From Candidatus Latescibacterota bacterium (GTDB taxonomy: Bacteria > Latescibacterota > UBA2968): DNA of 64,000 bases. The notes beneath the pieces are model-generated. The model saw only the letters and a program-made list of their open reading frames with translations. It was not told where the DNA came from and made no database searches. Location of the stretch: the NCBI GenBank assembly GCA_965116885.1, contig OZ220741.1, positions 4,064,001 to 4,128,000 on the forward strand, given 5' to 3'. Made by a program: the position numbers and the translations under genes. Below are positions 9,669-18,629 of this stretch, piece by piece (positions within the stretch are counted from its first letter, which is position 1; each line of letters starts with the position of its first letter).

Positions 9669-11753
9669 GTGAGCGAATTTGAACCGCCTATTTACGAGGT
9701 AGGGACATTCTGGAGGCAGGTGAAACGCGGCATTTCGGGGCTGGCGCTACCGGATGATGTGTCGGATCCAAAGAGCGAGGCGGCCGCCTGGCGCGCCTGG
9801 CATGCCTATCTCGCAGGTAGGACCCAACCGACGTGGCATTTCGATTCGGAACGGTTCGGTGACGCCATGCGAACGCACTGGCCGGGGTTGGCACGGGTCT
9901 GGCTTGAGGAGTCGGATCGGCTGATTGATGGAAAAATGGTGTATGGAGAATCTACGGTGCCTTATGTGCCGGGGTTCGGGCTGGATTGGAGTGCGAATCC
10001 GGATAAGACGATGAACTGGGGCGGGTTGCATTATATGTTTTTTCTCAGGTGGCCGATCCGGGCGGCGATGTTGACCGGCGAGGGGAAATATGTGCGGGCG
10101 GTTGCGGACTGCGTGCAGAGCTATCTCGACCAGATCGATGATATTCGCGACGAGGCGATGGTGTTGAATCGTGGGGGGAAGGCGGGTGGGATTTATGCGG
10201 TTTGGAATACGTTATCCGTCGGGTTGAAACTGAAGGCTCTGGGCGAGGCGCTGTATGCGCTGCGTGCCTATCCAGAGTGGACAGTAGCAGATTGCCGGGC
10301 GGCGTCCATCCTGATCTGGCGTCTGGCGCAGCATCTGCATAGACAAGTGGCTTCACAGACCGCAGTGGCGTGGCAGCAGCAGCTAAATTTTATTGCTTCG
10401 GGTAGCGGTGGAATGGGTGGTGTCGGAGCATTGCTCCCGGAATGGGATGCTGCTGAGGATTGGCTGGAGACGGGGCGACAGATTCAGGAAGTGTTGCTTT
10501 TGAACCAGGTCTATCCCGATGGGTTTCAAAAGGAAATATGCACGCAATATCACAAGACTGTCATCCGGTCATTTGCAACTCTGCAGATGATTCTGGCCCG
10601 TCGTGGACTACCCAGCTTCTACGATACCGAGCCTTTTCGAACGCGGTTTCTGGCGATGCATCGGTTTATAGCTGAGATTCTGACGCCGGATGGTTTTACG
10701 CCAGCTATTAATTCGGCGGTGTACGCGCAGGATTGGCCCGCATTCCTGGCTTCTGGAAATAGCTTCTTTAAAGACCCGGTGCTTCAGTGGCATATTGACC
10801 AGGGGTACCACCCCCAGTTTGTGCCGGTTCAAAAGGGGGGAGTGGGTTGGGGCAACACAATATTGAACGACCTGTGTGTTCCTGATCCGACAGATGAGCT
10901 ACAAAGGGCACCTGCACCAGTTTCGAAACTGTTTTCTGATTCGGGTATCGCCGTGCTTCGCGATGGCTGGGACCGCGAGGCGAACGTGCTGGTCCTGGAT
11001 TTCGGGCATCCGGAAGGCGGACACGCTTACGGGGCGCAGGCTTCGTTTTCAGCCTGGGTAAAGGGTCGTCCGGCGGCCCTGTCTCCCGGATCTCCATTTG
11101 CATATAGCGATCCAGATTACCGTACCTGGTATCACAGCACGCGGGGGCAAAATACGGTCTGGATTGACGAGGACGATCAGGACCTCTGGCGCCCGGGTGA
11201 GAAACGAAGGGTCTGGGGACGGTTGCTCGATTGGCGAGAGGAAGAAGGGGAGACGTATGTACGCATCTCCCACGAAGGATATCTGCGCTCGAAAGGGGTG
11301 CGGCACGAACGTACGGTGCTGCTGAAAAAGAGAAAGTATTTCCTGATTTACGATCTGCTGGATGCCGCAGAAAGTGACGTCGCGCACACGCTTCGCTGGA
11401 CGCTGCGTTGCCCGGACGAGTTGCGCGAGATAGAAAATCGCACAGTTGTAAGTACTGGTGATCCAGGCATCAAGCTGGCACCCGCGTGGTCGGATGCGAT
11501 TCGCGATGTGGAAATTGGTTGGGGGCCGAGCATGGTCCCGTTGACCTATCGACAGAACATGTCGGCACAAAAGGCGCAGGTCTGCCATGTCCGGTTCGTG
11601 CAGAAGATTGATGCCGGCACGCAGGCTCGGTTTCTGGTGTTGATGGTCTCAGGAGACTGTCGAGACGGAGCGGTTCAGGGCGAGGTTGTTGACGGTAGAA
11701 TTGAGGCCACCGTCACGGCGTGGGGAGAAACAGAACGCATTGTTCTGAAATGA
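9669..11753 (+). CDS. Heparinase II/III-family polysaccharide lyase-like protein
   Basis: QVYPDGFQKE...YH, SGIAVLRDGW, GGHAY, HSTRGQNTVWID, HEGY. GTG start after AGGAGG (the ORF is open from 9639). Confidence 0.85.
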   Translation: MSEFEPPIYEVGTFWRQVKRGISGLALPDDVSDPKSEAAAWRAWHAYLAGRTQPTWHFDSERFGDAMRTHWPGLARVWLEESDRLIDGKMVYGESTVPYVPGFGLDWSANPDKTMNWGGLHYMFFLRWPIRAAMLTGEGKYVRAVADCVQSYLDQIDDIRDEAMVLNRGGKAGGIYAVWNTLSVGLKLKALGEALYALRAYPEWTVADCRAASILIWRLAQHLHRQVASQTAVAWQQQLNFIASGSGGMGGVGALLPEWDAAEDWLETGRQIQEVLLLNQVYPDGFQKEICTQYHKTVIRSFATLQMILARRGLPSFYDTEPFRTRFLAMHRFIAEILTPDGFTPAINSAVYAQDWPAFLASGNSFFKDPVLQWHIDQGYHPQFVPVQKGGVGWGNTILNDLCVPDPTDELQRAPAPVSKLFSDSGIAVLRDGWDREANVLVLDFGHPEGGHAYGAQASFSAWVKGRPAALSPGSPFAYSDPDYRTWYHSTRGQNTVWIDEDDQDLWRPGEKRRVWGRLLDWREEEGETYVRISHEGYLRSKGVRHERTVLLKKRKYFLIYDLLDAAESDVAHTLRWTLRCPDELREIENRTVVSTGDPGIKLAPAWSDAIRDVEIGWGPSMVPLTYRQNMSAQKAQVCHVRFVQKIDAGTQARFLVLMVSGDCRDGAVQGEVVDGRIEATVTAWGETERIVLK

Positions 11754-11997
11754 CACCTATAGCTAACTGATGTTACGCTGTCGTGCAAAAATTGACTTTG
11801 CAAGGAAAAATTTTTTTGTATTTTGATACAAACGTATGTAAAAAGAAATATACAAATACAAGTAAACATAAAAGCCGAACGAGGACAGGTCCTGTCAGAC
11901 AAACCTCGTTCGACCGAAATGCATAATATAAGCATTGTGCTAATAAAATATAATTCAAGAGAAAGTATCGCACAAGTAGCATATCATATTTAGAAGG

Positions 11998-14900
11998 ATG
12001 GAACAAGGGAGGAAACAGAACGTGATACATAGGCCAACACCGAATCTGTCGGCAACTTCTGATGTGGATATCATCCGCATAAATCGCCCTAAGTTTTACA
12101 AAAACAGTATTTTACTCCCTTTTTCGATTTTCTCAAAATCGACATCACAGTTAGCTAATCCCGCTGCACTCGCTTTCCCAACCGTCTCTTTCCTTACAGA
12201 TAAATTTCCTTTCTTTTCCAAATTTCTTTTGATGCTCGCCCTGGCGTTGCTTGTGTTTGCAGGTCAGGTGTCTGCACAGTTGTTGCTCACGCATGTTACG
12301 GATGGCGCCGCAGGCGTGGTCTCTGGACAGGGCACACTTGATGGGACGGTTATTCCCTCATCCGCTGAGGTCTCGTTTAATGTTCTTAATGCCCTATGTC
12401 CTGGAGATTTTGACAACAATGGGGTGGTTGATGTTTCAGATTTTCTGCTCTTTATCGGCGTGTTTGGCACATCTTCTGGTGACGCGACGTACAATGCGCT
12501 GATGGATATGAACAGCAGTGGGTCGATAGATGTGGGCGATTTTCTGCTCTTCATCGCTTTGTTTGGTACCACATGTGAGCAAACAGATCCAGACCGCGAT
12601 GCGTTGGTGGCACTGTACAATGCGACGAATGGCCCGAACTGGACGAATAACACTAACTGGCTCAGCGATAAGCCGCTTGGAGAATGGCTCGGCGTGACGA
12701 CGGACGCCAATGGACGGGTGACCGATCTGAATCTTTTCAACAACGGGATATCGGGCGTGCTTCCCTCCGAGTTGGGCGACCTGACCCGCTTGGAAACGCT
12801 ATGGATTGGCGGTAACCAGTTATCGGGATCGCTTCCGTCGTGGCTGGGCGACCTGACCAACTTGCAAAATCTGCAGCTTGCCTCTAATAATTTCTCAGGT
12901 TCACTGCCGTCGTGGCTGGGCGACCTGACCAACTTACAAGATCTGCGGCTTCAGTATAACCAGTTATCGGGTTCACTGCCATCGTCTTTGGGCGACCTGA
13001 TCCGCTTGCAACGACTGTATCTTCACGGGAACGATTTTTCGGGCGAATTGCCGTCGTCGTTGGTCAACTTGACCAACTTGCAACAGCTACTTCTGGATGG
13101 CACGCGGTTGTGTGTGCCCACGGACGCGACATTCCAGGCGTGGCTGCAGGGCATCAAGAACAAGAGCGGCGTTGTCGACTGCGGTGATGGCAAGATATAC
13201 TGGACGGACGCGTGGACGGGCAAGATCCAGCGTGCGAATCTGGACGGGAGCGGGGTGGAAGACTTGATCATGCCGGGGGGGGCACCATTCGGTCTGGCAC
13301 TGGATCCAGGTGCTGGCAAGATGTACTGGACGGGCTTCGAATTGAACAAGATCCAGCGTGCGAATCTGGATGGGAGCGGGGTGGAATACCTGGTCACGCT
13401 GGGGGAGGGGGCATTCGGTCTGGCACTGGATCCAGGTGCTGGCAAGATGTACTGGACCGTAAGCGACAAGATCCAGCGTGCGAATCTGGACGGGGGTGGG
13501 GTGGAAGACCTGGTCATCACGCGCGGTACAGATAACCATCCATTTGGCTTGGCACTGGATCCAGGTGCTGGCAAGATGTACTGGATTGCCACTGAAGGGG
13601 GCACGATTCGGTGTGCGAATCTGAACGGGAGTGGGGTGGAAGACCTGGTCACGGAATTGGGGGGACCGATCGGTCTGGCGTTGGATCCGGGTGCTGGCAA
13701 GATGTACTGGACTGCTATTGAAGGAGGCAAGATCCAACGTGCGAATCTGGATGGGAGCGGGGTGGAAGACCTGATCACTGGGATTGGTGGGGATGTCACA
13801 TACACAATGCTGGCGTTGGATTCAGGTGCTGGTAAGATGTACTGGCCAGTGGTTCAGGGGGACAAAGTCTCGCAGAAAAGCAACAAGATCCAGCGTGCAA
13901 ACTTAGACGGGAGTGGTGTGGAAGACTTCATCACGGGATTGGTAGCACCGAGCGGTTTGGCGTTGGACTTCGGCAACCAGGGCGGTGACGGCGGGATCAC
14001 GCCACCGCCGCCATCGCCTGATGACCGGGAGGCATTGGTGGCGCTGTACAACGCGACGAACGGTTCCGGCTGGACGGACAAGACGAACTGGTTGAGCGAT
14101 AGGCCGCTGGGAGAGTGGTACGGCGTCACCGCGAATGCCCAGGACCGAGTGACCGAGCTTTTACTCGACTACAACAATCTGACGGGCGTGATTCCGTCTG
14201 AACTGGGCGGTCTCGCCAGCTTAGAGGTGCTGGTCATCAGCAATAACGTTAACCTGACGGGCGTGATTCCGTCTGAACTAAGCAGCCTGTCCAATCTGCA
14301 AAGCCTGATCCTTCTTGGCAACCATTTGAGCGGGTCGATTCCGTCTGAACTGGGCGGCCTCACGAACTTGGAAACGCTGATCCTCAGCCACAACAATCTG
14401 ACAGGTAAGATTCCTGCAGAATTGGGCGATCTTGCTAATCTGGAAACACTGGGCCTCAGCCACAACAATCTGACGGGCGCGATCCCTGCGAAATTGGGCG
14501 ATCTCGCTAACCTGGAAATATTGCTCCTCGACAACAACAATCTGGCGGGTACGATCCCTTCTGAATTGGGTAGCCTTTCCAACTTGACAGGACTGTTCTT
14601 GGAAGACAATCCCCATTTGTCCGGTCCCTTACCAGAGACCTTGACTGCGCTTGGCAAACTCCAGGCACTGGATACTACAAATACGCAGTTGTGCATACCG
14701 GCTGATCCCGCGTTTATGGCGTGGCTTCAACCGATAGAAGCTGGGGGACGGTTGTGCGTGGTGAGGTTGGCAGTGTCGGGTGGAGGGCAGCGCGCTGTTC
14801 CCGGAACGCGGCTTCCGCAACCTGTGGAGGTGCAGGCCATCGGCGCGAACAGCGTACCCGTGGGGGGCGCGACGGTGGTGTTCTCGCCCGGGGATGGGCA

Positions 14901-17900
14901 CGGCACGGCGGATCCGGACGTAGCCACGACCAACAGATATGGGATCGCGCAGACGTTTTGGACGCTGGGGTTGGAGGTGGGTGAGCAGACGCTGACCGCG
15001 ACTACGACCGGGGACGGTCGGTCGGTTCAGGTGGTGGCCACGGCGTCGGATTGGATGCCGCTGGAGGCACTGTACAACGCCACCGATGGAGCCAACTGGA
15101 CGAACAGTGCCAACTGGCTCAGCGACAGGCCGATAGGAGAATGGTACGGCGTAACAACCGACGACAACGGACGAGTGATCAGGCTGAATCTGTTCCGTAA
15201 CGGGGTATCGGGAGAGCTTCCGTCTGAATTGGGCGATCTGACCAAATTGGAATGGCTGGGTTTTTACGATAACAATTTATCGGGCGAGCTTCCTGAGTCT
15301 TTGGGCAACCTCACCAATTTACAAGTGCTGGATCTTGCCTTGAACCGAATTTCGGGCGAGCTTCCGTCGTGGTTGGGCAATCTCAAAAACCTGAAATCGC
15401 TGTCGCTTGGCGGCAATTTATCAGGCGAGCTTCCGTCGTGGTTGGGCAATCTCAAAAACCTGAAATCGCTGTCGCTTGGCAACAATTTATCGGGCGAGCT
15501 TCCGTCGTGGTTGGGCAACCTGACCCAGTTGCGACACCTGACGCTTATCGGCGGTTTATCGGGCGAGCTTCCTGAGTCTTTGGGCAATCTCAAAAACTTG
15601 GAATCGCTGTGGATTCACAGTAACCAGTTGTCGGGTGTACTGCCAGCGTCGTTGAGTAAACTAACCGAATTAGAAGACCTGTGGCTAGAGAACACGCAGT
15701 TGTGTGCGCCGACGGATGCGGTATTCCAGGCGTGGCTACAAGGCATCAAGACCAAGAGAGGCGTTGTCAACTGCGGCTATTTAGATCGTTCTGCATTGGT
15801 GGCACTGTACAATGCGACGAACGGTTCCGGCTGGACGAACAGTGCCAACTGGCTCAGCGATAGGCCGCTGAGAGAGTGGCACGGCGTGACCACTGACGCA
15901 TCGGGAAAGGTCGTCCGTCTTTCCCTCGAAGGGAATAATCTTAAAGGTCCGATCCCACCCCAACTCGGCAACCTCGCCAACCTGACGCACCTGTACCTCA
16001 CCGACAACAACTTGACGGGTCCGATCCCACCCCAACTCGGCAACCTTGCCAACCTGAAGGTCCTGTCTTTCCAAAGCAACAACCTGACGGGTCCGATCCC
16101 ACCCCAACTCGGCAGATTGGCCAATCTGCAAGACCTGTATCTTGGCGACAACCAACTAACCGGTAGAATCCCGCGTGACTTCACGCTGCTGTACAACTTA
16201 CGATACTTGTACCTTCATGGGAACGCACTGTCCGAACTGCCGTCGTCCGCCTATTCCCGCTTTGGCCAGAAATTGGAAGTGCTACATCTTCACGATAACG
16301 ATTTTCGGGGGCCATTCCCTTCGTGGCTTTCAAGCCTTACGAGCCTCACCTACCTGACCTTCCCCGCACAGTCTCCGTCCCGAACCTGTTTGCCAGCAAC
16401 CAGCCGCTTCAGGGGATGGGTATCTAATCTCCACGAGCGCAGTGCTTTGGCTGAAGCGGCTACTCCCCCCTACTGCGGCGAGGGCTTCTGGTACACGTGG
16501 CGGTTCGAGCAGACGACAACTGGCCGGAGTTGGACGGGGGCGCGGCCGTTTGCCGCTCACAGAATTCGCGGAGAGCCTATGCTGCTCCGCATTTTCATGG
16601 GGATGCAAAACAACAACTACGGCAGTTGGGCTATCCAGAGTCCGCGCATGGAGGTTATCTTCCATGAGGGCATTGTGATCGATTCGAGCGAGCCAACGGT
16701 CGAAGTGCCAGCAGGTGCCATCCCCCTATGGGCGACCCGCGACCAGGCGTTTCTTTTGGATCCATCCTACCGGCAGTCAATCAACATCTTGATTCCGGGC
16801 CACCTGGTCGATAGAGGCGACACGGAATCGATAAAGATCCACTTCGATCCAGATAGTACGTTTAGAAAAATAGTCGGGGACCGGATGCCCGCCATTTATC
16901 ACGCCAATGATCAACTATTCGTCCGTGACCCATTCGCCCCTGCCCCTTGGGTCCGCCATATAGAGTATCGGCAACACTACGATATAATGTCAGGCACCCG
17001 CCTGCCTACCAAGACAGGATGGTTCACACAGGACATGCCGCCAGCCAAAGTCTATCTGATGCCTTTAGTGAAATCGAAATCGGACGACAGAGGCATGATT
17101 CGAGCGGTTAATGATCTTGTCAGGAAGGGACCGAGCCACCCGTTCTTCTGGGAAACACAGAATTTGCTCCCCATCAAGGATATCACCGTTCACACTGGGC
17201 GGGGTCTGTGGTTGGGATATCATCCGACGAACAGCAACAAGTTGGCGGTATTGGCTGCGTTGGTGCTTCGTTTGCAGTTTTCAAAGTGGGACGATGAGTT
17301 TGATTATATTGTAGGGCTCTTCCCAGGAACGGATGGTATCGCACATCCAGGCAAAAGGTTTTCTGTTGTAGGTTATAATGGAGGTTCGAGTTACAACACG
17401 TTAGCACACGAACTTGGGCACAATATGAGCCTCGGTCATGCGCCGTGTGGAGACCCTGGGTACCCTAACGACGGCGATTATCCGTGGTCCGATGGCAGCA
17501 TTGGTGGTCTCAGTATTCGCGGGATAGATCTCGGTGTCGAGAGCCTGCGGCGCAACCATGTGCGGGCATGGGATGGCGAATATGTACGGTCAACCGATCG
17601 TCCGGTGTTGTTGGACCCAGATGAAACGGAGTTCATAGTAGATGGGGACACGCCGGATTTGATGAGCTATTGTAACAAGAAAACCTACCCATATAAATGG
17701 ATTAGCTCGTATAACTTTGACAAGGCGTTAAACTACCGGCAGCCAGCGAGTAAGCCAGCTACAAGCGCTGCGCCGGTCAACGCGCTGGTCCTTTCGGGTG
17801 GACGGAAGCCGGACAGAGAGATGTTTTTTTGGCCAGCCTTCGTAGGAGAAGCCAGGCCAAAACTGCCGCAAGGCGGAGGCCAATACAGGATCGATGCGCA

Positions 17901-18255
17901 GGACGCGCAGGGCAGAGAGTTGTTCTCATTTGATTTCGACATGACGGAGGTTGCAGACGGAGAAGGTGCCTCATCTTTTGTGTTCGCAGTTCCGGTACAG
18001 CAGGAGTGGGCAAACGCACTTGTGCGTATCACGCTCACAGGACCGGAGGGGGTGGCTACACTGGACAGAGACGGTACAGCGGCCTCGGTTCTTCTGCGGG
18101 ATTCGACCGGGGAGGTGCGGGGTCTCTTGCATGATTGGGCAGATAGTCTGCTAACACCAAGCGCCATTGCTGAAGCATTAGGGGATCCGAACATCAAGGG
18201 TTGGGATGTCCAGGTCAGCCGCGGTATCCCGGACGCGTCCTACTGGAAACGGTGA
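11998..18255 (+). CDS. Giant multidomain surface protein: EF-hand/dockerin, four LRRNT+LRR blocks, YWTD propeller, Ig-like domain, metzincin (M66-like) peptidase
   Basis: PGDFDNNG/DMNSSG pair; ALxALYNATxG...NWLSD caps; LSGxLPxxLGxL repeats; six GKMYW repeats; HELGHNMSLGH and DLMSY. The true start may be later (ATG 12232). Confidence 0.9.
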   Translation: MEQGRKQNVIHRPTPNLSATSDVDIIRINRPKFYKNSILLPFSIFSKSTSQLANPAALAFPTVSFLTDKFPFFSKFLLMLALALLVFAGQVSAQLLLTHVTDGAAGVVSGQGTLDGTVIPSSAEVSFNVLNALCPGDFDNNGVVDVSDFLLFIGVFGTSSGDATYNALMDMNSSGSIDVGDFLLFIALFGTTCEQTDPDRDALVALYNATNGPNWTNNTNWLSDKPLGEWLGVTTDANGRVTDLNLFNNGISGVLPSELGDLTRLETLWIGGNQLSGSLPSWLGDLTNLQNLQLASNNFSGSLPSWLGDLTNLQDLRLQYNQLSGSLPSSLGDLIRLQRLYLHGNDFSGELPSSLVNLTNLQQLLLDGTRLCVPTDATFQAWLQGIKNKSGVVDCGDGKIYWTDAWTGKIQRANLDGSGVEDLIMPGGAPFGLALDPGAGKMYWTGFELNKIQRANLDGSGVEYLVTLGEGAFGLALDPGAGKMYWTVSDKIQRANLDGGGVEDLVITRGTDNHPFGLALDPGAGKMYWIATEGGTIRCANLNGSGVEDLVTELGGPIGLALDPGAGKMYWTAIEGGKIQRANLDGSGVEDLITGIGGDVTYTMLALDSGAGKMYWPVVQGDKVSQKSNKIQRANLDGSGVEDFITGLVAPSGLALDFGNQGGDGGITPPPPSPDDREALVALYNATNGSGWTDKTNWLSDRPLGEWYGVTANAQDRVTELLLDYNNLTGVIPSELGGLASLEVLVISNNVNLTGVIPSELSSLSNLQSLILLGNHLSGSIPSELGGLTNLETLILSHNNLTGKIPAELGDLANLETLGLSHNNLTGAIPAKLGDLANLEILLLDNNNLAGTIPSELGSLSNLTGLFLEDNPHLSGPLPETLTALGKLQALDTTNTQLCIPADPAFMAWLQPIEAGGRLCVVRLAVSGGGQRAVPGTRLPQPVEVQAIGANSVPVGGATVVFSPGDGHGTADPDVATTNRYGIAQTFWTLGLEVGEQTLTATTTGDGRSVQVVATASDWMPLEALYNATDGANWTNSANWLSDRPIGEWYGVTTDDNGRVIRLNLFRNGVSGELPSELGDLTKLEWLGFYDNNLSGELPESLGNLTNLQVLDLALNRISGELPSWLGNLKNLKSLSLGGNLSGELPSWLGNLKNLKSLSLGNNLSGELPSWLGNLTQLRHLTLIGGLSGELPESLGNLKNLESLWIHSNQLSGVLPASLSKLTELEDLWLENTQLCAPTDAVFQAWLQGIKTKRGVVNCGYLDRSALVALYNATNGSGWTNSANWLSDRPLREWHGVTTDASGKVVRLSLEGNNLKGPIPPQLGNLANLTHLYLTDNNLTGPIPPQLGNLANLKVLSFQSNNLTGPIPPQLGRLANLQDLYLGDNQLTGRIPRDFTLLYNLRYLYLHGNALSELPSSAYSRFGQKLEVLHLHDNDFRGPFPSWLSSLTSLTYLTFPAQSPSRTCLPATSRFRGWVSNLHERSALAEAATPPYCGEGFWYTWRFEQTTTGRSWTGARPFAAHRIRGEPMLLRIFMGMQNNNYGSWAIQSPRMEVIFHEGIVIDSSEPTVEVPAGAIPLWATRDQAFLLDPSYRQSINILIPGHLVDRGDTESIKIHFDPDSTFRKIVGDRMPAIYHANDQLFVRDPFAPAPWVRHIEYRQHYDIMSGTRLPTKTGWFTQDMPPAKVYLMPLVKSKSDDRGMIRAVNDLVRKGPSHPFFWETQNLLPIKDITVHTGRGLWLGYHPTNSNKLAVLAALVLRLQFSKWDDEFDYIVGLFPGTDGIAHPGKRFSVVGYNGGSSYNTLAHELGHNMSLGHAPCGDPGYPNDGDYPWSDGSIGGLSIRGIDLGVESLRRNHVRAWDGEYVRSTDRPVLLDPDETEFIVDGDTPDLMSYCNKKTYPYKWISSYNFDKALNYRQPASKPATSAAPVNALVLSGGRKPDREMFFWPAFVGEARPKLPQGGGQYRIDAQDAQGRELFSFDFDMTEVADGEGASSFVFAVPVQQEWANALVRITLTGPEGVATLDRDGTAASVLLRDSTGEVRGLLHDWADSLLTPSAIAEALGDPNIKGWDVQVSRGIPDASYWKR
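13186..13972 (+). repeat. Six near-identical YWTD/LDL-receptor class B coding repeats
   Basis: Recurring ggcactggatccaggtgctggcaagatgtactgg and aagatccagcgtgcgaatctgga. Confidence 0.9.
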
Positions 18256-18583
18256 GTTTGGACCTGCTCCGCTTGCTTCGGTGGAGAGTTTAGGGCTTAG
18301 GCTGTGGCGATGAGGTTGATGTGAGGAACAACTCGCTGAGTGCCACATCGATCAACACGCACATTTCAGCCCTTCAGAGGAGAGGGGTGGATGTGCGCTT
18401 TGGCGCGGGGAAGTCTGCGGTTGTTGATGAGCAAGAGCCGCTACCACCCCGAGGAAAGAGGGTACAATTCTCTCAGGCGGTGATATGAGGTTGAAAGACC
18501 AGCATCTTGCTTCATTACGCTATCTGTATTATCTTGAGATGTGATGCCGCAATGACGGCTTCTTAATACAGCATCTATTTTGC

Positions 18584-18629
18584 TGACCGCTGACTACTGA
18601 GAGCTATTCATGAAAACTGGATGTGTATA
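18584..18629 (+). repeat. 46-bp imperfect direct repeat, copy 2 (overlaps the cobA-hemD start)
   Basis: tgaccgctgactactgagagctattcATGaaaactggatgtgtata. Confidence 0.9.

Noticed and set aside
11876..11912. cgaacgagg...cctcgttcg hairpin upstream of the LRR gene as an ncRNA
   Set aside because: A single stem with no recognisable motif; it may be a terminator-like or leader structure
13186..13972. Regularly spaced ~35-bp repeats resembling a CRISPR array
   Set aside because: They are in-frame YWTD coding repeats with similar 'spacers', and there are no cas genes
12264..16196. Long antisense ORFs over the LRR gene, and similar shadow ORFs elsewhere
   Set aside because: These are shadows of repetitive or GC-rich coding sequence with no independent motifs
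11998..18255. Diversity-generating retroelement target
   Set aside because: No reverse transcriptase and no TR/VR pair differing at adenines
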